Shown here in pieces: positions 53,372 to 60,000 of a DNA stretch of 60,000 nt. Numbering within the stretch: the first letter of the stretch is position 1; every line of letters begins with the position of its first letter. Source of the DNA: Lama glama (taxonomy: Eukaryota). The stretch spans positions 10,728,001 through 10,788,000 of the forward strand of contig CM052816.1 in the NCBI GenBank assembly GCA_028534125.1, given 5' to 3'. Position numbers and translations under genes: made by a program. A model generated the notes under the pieces. The model saw only the letters and a list, made by a program, of their open reading frames with translations, did not search any database and was not told the DNA's origin.

Positions 53372-53488
53372 TTTGTGTATTTGGTTGTTGATTTGGTCCT
53401 TGATACGTAAGTTTTTCCTTTATGATGTTGTGAGGATCTGTAGTAGTAATTGAAACACTATATTTAAAATTGCAAAGGAATATCTTGT
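53372..53488 (+). repeat. 117-bp dispersed direct repeat, copy 2
   Basis: Matches 51068-51184 at an offset of 2304 bp and directly follows a MIR fragment (~53235-53370). Confidence 0.93.
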
Positions 53489-54357
53489 CTGTATATTAGC
53501 ATGCTGATTGGGGCATTGTTTTAATGAATGACAAATACTGGAAAGATGAAGATGACAATGACCTGGAGCTAATTGGAGCATCTGTATCTTAATTTTTGAA
53601 TGTTTTACTGGAATCTGAATTTCAGTTTCCAACTTTCTTTGCCTTCTTCTAAGTCAATCTCTCCTAACATTTATAACCTCAGATTCCTCAGGCAAGGAGA
53701 TTTAAAAATAGTTATCTTCATTATTCTTAATTCCATAGGCCTGTTCAGAATTGGAAAGACAACAAAAACTTAAACTGTGACTGCTAGGTCAAGAATATTT
53801 TACTACCCGTGATACCAAAAAAAAAAAAAAATGACATGATAAATGCTTATAATTGTATAGCTTGTTACAGTTTTCAAAGCGTTTTGAAATATACCATTGT
53901 ACTTGACCCTCCCCCAAAAAGGTAGTTACTGGGTAGTAATCATTTCTTTTTATGCATCAGGAAACTAAGGCAGAGAGAATAACTTGACTCAACCAAGTTA
54001 TCCAACTAGTAAGTGGTGGAGCCTAAATTCGAATCCAGATCTTCCAACATATCCGTTAGTATTTCCAGAACTCTTGAGCTTATGGTCTGTTGGGAGAGAT
54101 AGAACACATATTACAAAAAATAATGGAAGCAAATGCAACTTAATGTACCTCATTGTGGATTAATATCTAAACGTATGAAGAGTAAAATTGAGATTTTAGT
54201 GAGATAGCATAATCAAAGCTTTCTAGGAAATCTGAGTATTAGGAGATTCTGTGGGGTTTTTTCCAAGTAAACATGGAAGTGTGGGTCACTGGACTATGAG
54301 ATACCATGTCATTTTAAAATATGTCTTCTGCTGAACCAAAGGGGAAAGAGCTGCTTT

Positions 54358-54378
54358 TTCAGCACCACGGACAGCTCA
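54358..54378 (+). promoter_or_regulatory. RE1/NRSE (REST-binding silencer)
   Basis: TTCAGCACCACGGACAGCTCA versus consensus TTCAGCACCACGGACAGCGCC (19/21, first 18 nt identical). Confidence 0.88.
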
Positions 54379-56154
54379 GCAACTCTCTAAAGGGTTATTC
54401 CATAAACAGCATGAACAAAGTCCTGTCTATTTGATAGCATCAGCTCTGTGAAGCCCAGGGGAGCTGACCTGACCTTGTAATGTTCACTCAGTATGGAACG
54501 TAAATTTAAAATAGCAGTGGAGTTGCATTAAATGCTTATTCAGGAGGTTTCATTAGTGTCAATAAGCATGACACATTTGAAATTATTGATTTTTGTATTT
54601 CTCTCAATTTAAAACTAGGAGAGGCTCAATTAATTACTGTGAAGTGCCTTTATACAGGTTTCTTTCTATCTCTGTTAAAACCTATTTCAATAATTACCAG
54701 TCTGTCACAGTTGATTTTAATAAATCTACTTTTTTAGTGTACACCTTTCCTCCTCCCTTTACCCAATGCTTTCTCCCAAACTCAACTATTCACTGTATGG
54801 CTAACCATCCTCTGATGATAAAGACCAAATAGAAATCCATAGATTCTAATCATGTAGCTATTGAAGAAGGGGCCTTGGGGAGTCAAAGAGCTGACTCATA
54901 AATTAGGAAGAGTGGAACAGGGCTGCTATACATGCAATATCTGTCCTCATTGGCCGTAAGACCAAAGAGATGGTTGTGAGGAACATGAAGTGTAGCATCG
55001 TGAGTTCTGGACACCATGTCTATCATTTTTTGTGTCATGAATCTCTATCTGATTTTTAAGGCTGGAGTGGCAGCATGAGACTGACTCTATGTTCTAAGCT
55101 TTTGTAATAGAAACAACCTCACATTCAATATGCTTTTCGATTTTCAGTAAATTAGGCTGTTACCAGATTTGACATAATTATGTATATCCAATCAAAATCT
55201 TGCTTTCTGTAACTTCCTGTGGCATCTTATAAAGAGGAACTTGTGGCTCAGCTGTTCAAAAAGGAGAAAGAGGAAAATATAACTTGTTGGGAGAGAACTT
55301 GGAGTTTGTGCCTGGGTTTGCTTTACATGTACATCAATCACTGAAGACCTAGGAAGGAAATGGATTCCCAGCCCTAATCTTTAAGATGGTGCTTGCTTAC
55401 TTGCATAAGTTTGAGTCTTTTCCAACTCTGCTTTCTAAAATTAACCTGAAATGAAACAACAGGGGCTCCTGTTTTGCTGGGTTTTACAGAGTCACTCTGC
55501 TAGATTATAAGTGCTATTACTGTTTCATGGTATTGGGAGAAAAATTCAGAAAGATAGGGAGAAGAACCATCTTACCCTTCTGCTTGAGAAGACTGTGTAT
55601 CTGTCAAGGCTAATTGAATCAGCTTCCAGGATTTTTAACTTTAAAGTTGATTGGGCATTATGACATTGCAAGTAAAAATTCCAGATCATTTTTAAGTTAA
55701 TCCTGGAAATCAAACTGCATTACAGATCCCTTCTCCCCCTCTTAATGCACATTTTACTCTTTATGTGGTATATCCTCTAAGTTAACTCTCTGGCAACAGA
55801 GCAAGTTCACCAAAAACAAGACATGCAGACTGTCAGATAAAATCTTCAGATTGAAACCAGAGCAGGAGGCTGAGCTCCAAGTTGGAGAAGAAACATGTGT
55901 GACCTCTTGGTTCAAATGAGGGGGGTGTCTCTAAACAGTCCCCTTTGCCAAAAAGCTCAGTTTTCTTTGGATATAAAAACAACAGTCCTTTGTTCTCAAA
56001 GATGTAAGAATGATGTTTGGTGTTAGCTCACTTCTTCCCATGAGTTCTGATTTTGGGGACTGTATTGCTTTTAGGTTCAAGGATGTTCTACAGTCTAGAT
56101 TGCTAATGCATAGAAGGATTGATTTTTATGTTTTACTGGTAATAAAAGAAGCTT

Positions 56155-56730
56155 ATTCATTCATCTATTTAGCAAATGTTGACTAAATACCTAGTAGGTA
56201 CCTGGCACTGTTCTAGGTGCTAGAGATACAGTAGTGAGCAAGATCAACAGGGTCTTTCTCTGTTCTCATGGACATTACATTGTCATGGGAGGAAAGATCC
56301 AAAAAGCAAATAATTTGTAGGATGATAAATGGTATGAAGAGATGAGAACAAGTTAATGATACAATAGAGAGAATGGGTAGTAAGGAGCCACTATTAAACA
56401 GAATAGAGTGGGAAGTTCTTGACACTAAGACCTAAATAACAAAAAGGTACCAAGATGGGAAAAATCTGGGGAATGAGGACTCTCAGAGAGAAAACAGCAA
56501 ATGCAAACGCCTGGAGGTAGTAATGAGCTTGGAGAATATGAGGAACCAGTGGGACTTGAGCATGATGAATAAAGGAAAGGCGGAGTGATAGGAGAGGTAG
56601 GCAGATCCAGACCAAGTAGAAGCTTAGAGGCCATGACAGAGTAAGGTGATTTTATTCTGATGGCAGTGTGAAGTTAGTGGAGGGCTTAAAAGCAAGGGAA
56701 TGACATAATCAGATTTATACTTCCCAAAGA
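56155..56730 (-). mobile_element. L2 LINE 3' fragment
   Basis: attcattcatctatttagcaaatgttgactaaatacctagtaggtacctggcactgttctaggtgctagagatacag...gacataatcagatttatac. Confidence 0.85.
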
Positions 56731-59449
56731 GCTCTTTTTTAAATATCTGCATTCTCTAAATTGGGGAGCCAGTCCTTTTCTTGACATCTTCCTGATTTGT
56801 TATTTTACAAATTTCTTTTCTTGTAAAATAAGCATATCTTTACAAGTACCCAGCATAGTGCAAATGACTGGACAATCAAGCTATTTTCATTTGGATTCAT
56901 TTTCTAAAATATGAGACAATGTTTTACATGTAGTATAACATTGGGAAGCTAAGTTCTAGTCTCACCTGAGCCACTAATATACTATCTTCTGAGCAGAGTT
57001 ACATATGTTCTCAATTTGCATTTCCCCACTAGTGAAATGGTGAGATTAGTACCTCCCTTGTTTCCCTTGCATAAATCCTGAAAGGCTCTGGTATGAAATT
57101 ACACTTGAATATGCTTATTTATAAAAATGAAGGAGCTGAAAGCTAAATCCACTCATGCAGTTAAAACATTTGTTGAATACCGGGCACAAGGAGTCTAAAT
57201 AGTTTTAATAATAATGGTTGTCATTTTATGAAGTCTTACCTAGGTGCTAGGTACTGTGCACTTTTTCGTTTACTTCTGATAATATCTCTATTTCTGAAGT
57301 GAGAAAAGTGGGACTCAGAAAACTTACTCTCCCAAGCTGGTAAGAGATGACTGGGATTTTACTCGCAGTCTGCTTTATCTCACACTGTGCTGTTAAGTTC
57401 TACTGCCTTTTGGGATTCCAGTGCCAGGTAGGGAGACAAGGCTAACAAATCTTGGTACACTGGGATCTGACAGCCTAGAAAAGAGAGCCAACAAGTTCAC
57501 CTGACTTCATAGAGGAGGTGTACTTTGAACTTGATCTGGAAGGAGAAGTAAGAACGTCAAGAAATGTTAATGGGTGGTGTGATGGTGAAGGAAGGACATC
57601 TCAGGAGGAAAAATAGCCCAAACAGAGATCTGAAAATGGGAGAGAGGGGCATGGGATGGGGAGTGGCAGGCAGGTGTGTGTGACTTGATGATTTGTTCTA
57701 TTGGATCCATGGATATGTGTGTGTATGTGTTATCTGGGGATAATTTTTGGCGTTAGAGAGTGACGGTTTTGGGTTTGGGTTGTGTGTTTTGTTTTGTTTT
57801 GTTGGGCTTTTTGTTTGTTTGTTTGTTTGTTTTGGTGTATGGAGAGATGGTGTGTTGTATGACATGGTGGGAAGGCAGGATGTGGCTGGAATGACAGACG
57901 TAGGGAGGCTTGTTTGAAGGCTAGTGCACTAATCCAGGTGAGGAAGGATGTGGGCCAGAATTAAGACAGTGTAGAGAAGTAGACTTATTAGAGCAGTATT
58001 TTAGAGATAGAATCAGTAGGGCTTCTATCTATGTCAAGGTAAAGTTGAAAAAGGGATTCAGCTCCCTAGTTGGGCAGTGGTGTAGATCGAGTCCTAGGAA
58101 CTTAAAGAAGAGGGAACAGGAGCAGATTTGGAGAGAGAATAAGGTGGGAGTAAATTTAGGACTTAATGACTTTGAATAGCCTGACATCCACATGGAGACA
58201 CCAGTGCAGGGGTGAATTTGGAAATATGGTCCAGAGCTCAGAAGAGGTGTAGCCTAGAGGAAAAGTGATGGGAGGAAAGGTCCCCACACATCATGGCCTT
58301 TCTCATCTAGTATTGCAGTGTACTTTTGTGGTCACATCACTCTCTTATATAGCATTTAAAACTCCCACTGAGCATTGGAGATTTTCTGAAGGGGTTTTTC
58401 TGCCCTTAAGAAAACATTCAGTTCTCAGTTACCCACAAATGAGCGTCCATGGCAGTTTTTTATTCTGAGCCTGGCTGTTCCCTTCTACCTAGCATAGTTT
58501 TAAGGATACGTTGCTTATTTCCTCAAAGTCAAGTCATGTTAATATACACTGATCCGAGAAAAACATAGTTAGAAAGGTAGATCTTATGGGAGAGAGTTAC
58601 AAGCATTCCACAGTCAACTAGAACTGATTTTCAACTAGTACATTTTCTGAAATTATCTTTTTTTGTCTCCCTATTCTGTTGAGACAATGATCAGTTGACA
58701 CTTCTGGAATCTCCACTTTCAAAGACAAGTACCATGTTGCAAACTGTATTGTTTCGGCTGTCCAGTGATTGTGTCTTTATCTGCATGCCTCCATTCCCAC
58801 CACAGTGTCTTACTTACTTCTGATTTATTTCTTGAGACTCCGCCCATCCCTATGTTTTTTCCTCTTTTGCGAAAAATCTTATGGAGACAAAAGGGGAGCT
58901 CTCCTCATAGCCCACTGAGAAATTGTCTGTGGAGATAAAATGTCTTTATCTGATGAAGCAGAAGAAGCAGGAGAGCAAGAGCCTGGTGGTGAAAGTGATG
59001 AATCAGCTGAGATTTACAGATTTCTTGGCCCCAAAATAGTTCATTTTCAAAATATATTATTCAGAGCCGGGCCTGAGCATGAGAAAGAATTAGAGCTGAT
59101 TTCCAGCTGGAGATTTTGTGCAGGGGAAGAAAGCCCACATTGATTTGTAGGCATAACTGACCTTGGTAGGAGCGTTTGATTTTCAAATGAAGAGAAGGCC
59201 ATCTGTTGGTTCTTGAGGGTAGGGGGAGTGAGGCGGGATAATCACTCCTTGCAGCCTGCTGTGCTTTATTCCTGCTCAGAAACTTTTGAAGGTCTGGTCT
59301 CAATTCATCTTCAGATATTATGTACTTACAAGGAAGTCAAAAACTCAGTGGTCACGTGTTGGCTCAAGGTCACCCAAGGAGTTTGTGGCGTGAAATGGAC
59401 TAAAACTCGCATCTCCTGGTTTCCAGGCCAGAGTCCTTTCCCTTGACTA

Positions 59450-59630
59450 CTTGTTAAACCTGCCATTTCTGGCTCTGTGATCTTGCTCAAGTCAGTGAGT
59501 CTCTCTGAATCTCAGATTTCTCATTTATAAGGTAGAAATAATGATATTTCATTGGGCCTCTGAGAAAATTAAATAACCTAAGATGCTCGAGAATAGTATC
59601 TGCATGTAGTTGGTGCTCATAATATGTGAG
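59450..59630 (+). mobile_element. MIR SINE fragment
   Basis: ctgtgatcttgctcaagtcagtgagtctctctgaatctcagatttctcatttataa...gtagttggtgctca. Confidence 0.7.
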
Positions 59631-59854
59631 TTCCCTTGAAACAGTGGGGCTCATATTGGCAATGCTTCTTCAAGACATTTTCAGTAAAAGCTGAGGTTTA
59701 TCAGTCACAGCTGTCTCACTATGTGCAATGAGGGTAAGGAGAAAATCATCCATCAACCAAGTGGAGGGAGCAGAGACTGAGCTGGAGGTGTGGCAAAAAT
59801 CTCCATAATTTTTCTGTGTCTAATTTTTTTTTGCACAGATAAATATTCTTGGAA

Positions 59855-60000
59855 TTCAATTCAATTCATACATTCTCTCAAAAAATTAATTGGACATCCT
59901 ACGTGCCAGATCTGGTCCTGGGTGCAAAGATATAACAGCTAACAAGACAGCTTTGTTCCCTGCCCTCGTGGAGTTTAAAATCTAGTGGGAAGGACAAACC
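59855..60000 (-). mobile_element. L2 3' end, continuing beyond the window
   Basis: attcatacattc...cctacgtgccagatctggtcctgggtgcaaagata...ccctgccctcgtggagttta. Confidence 0.7.

Noticed and set aside
58940..59143. Acidic 67-aa ORF (MSLSDEAEEAGEQ...)
   Set aside because: No recognisable homology; the bias is explained by purine-rich DNA and there is no supporting promoter or splice evidence.

Overview
Mammalian genomic DNA, most likely a camelid, judged from three Vic-1-like tRNA-derived SINEs and the young L1 3' ends. The window covers part of PPP2R2B (PP2A regulatory subunit B55-beta) on the + strand. It contains the CpG-island promoter with the orthologue of the human SCA12 CAG repeat (7032-7047), the Bbeta1 first coding exon (7579-7772; [23 protein letters not shown]) and an 85-nt alternative exon (29251-29335; MNYPDESTYGNK). 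The rest is intron rich in L1, L2, MIR, DNA-transposon and SINE remnants, with a 500-N assembly gap. The shared WD40 exons lie outside the window. The main highlights are four. (1) A uORF/alternative-donor arrangement in the Bbeta1 exon could either repress translation or supply a new N-terminus. (2) A 1-nt interruption of the CAG tract shifts the poly-Ser frame to poly-Gln. (3) There is a near-perfect intronic REST/RE1 site. (4) There is a 24-bp-phased CCAAT array, plus several local duplications. Gene and repeat-family assignments come from recalled sequences, not database searches, and repeat boundaries are approximate.
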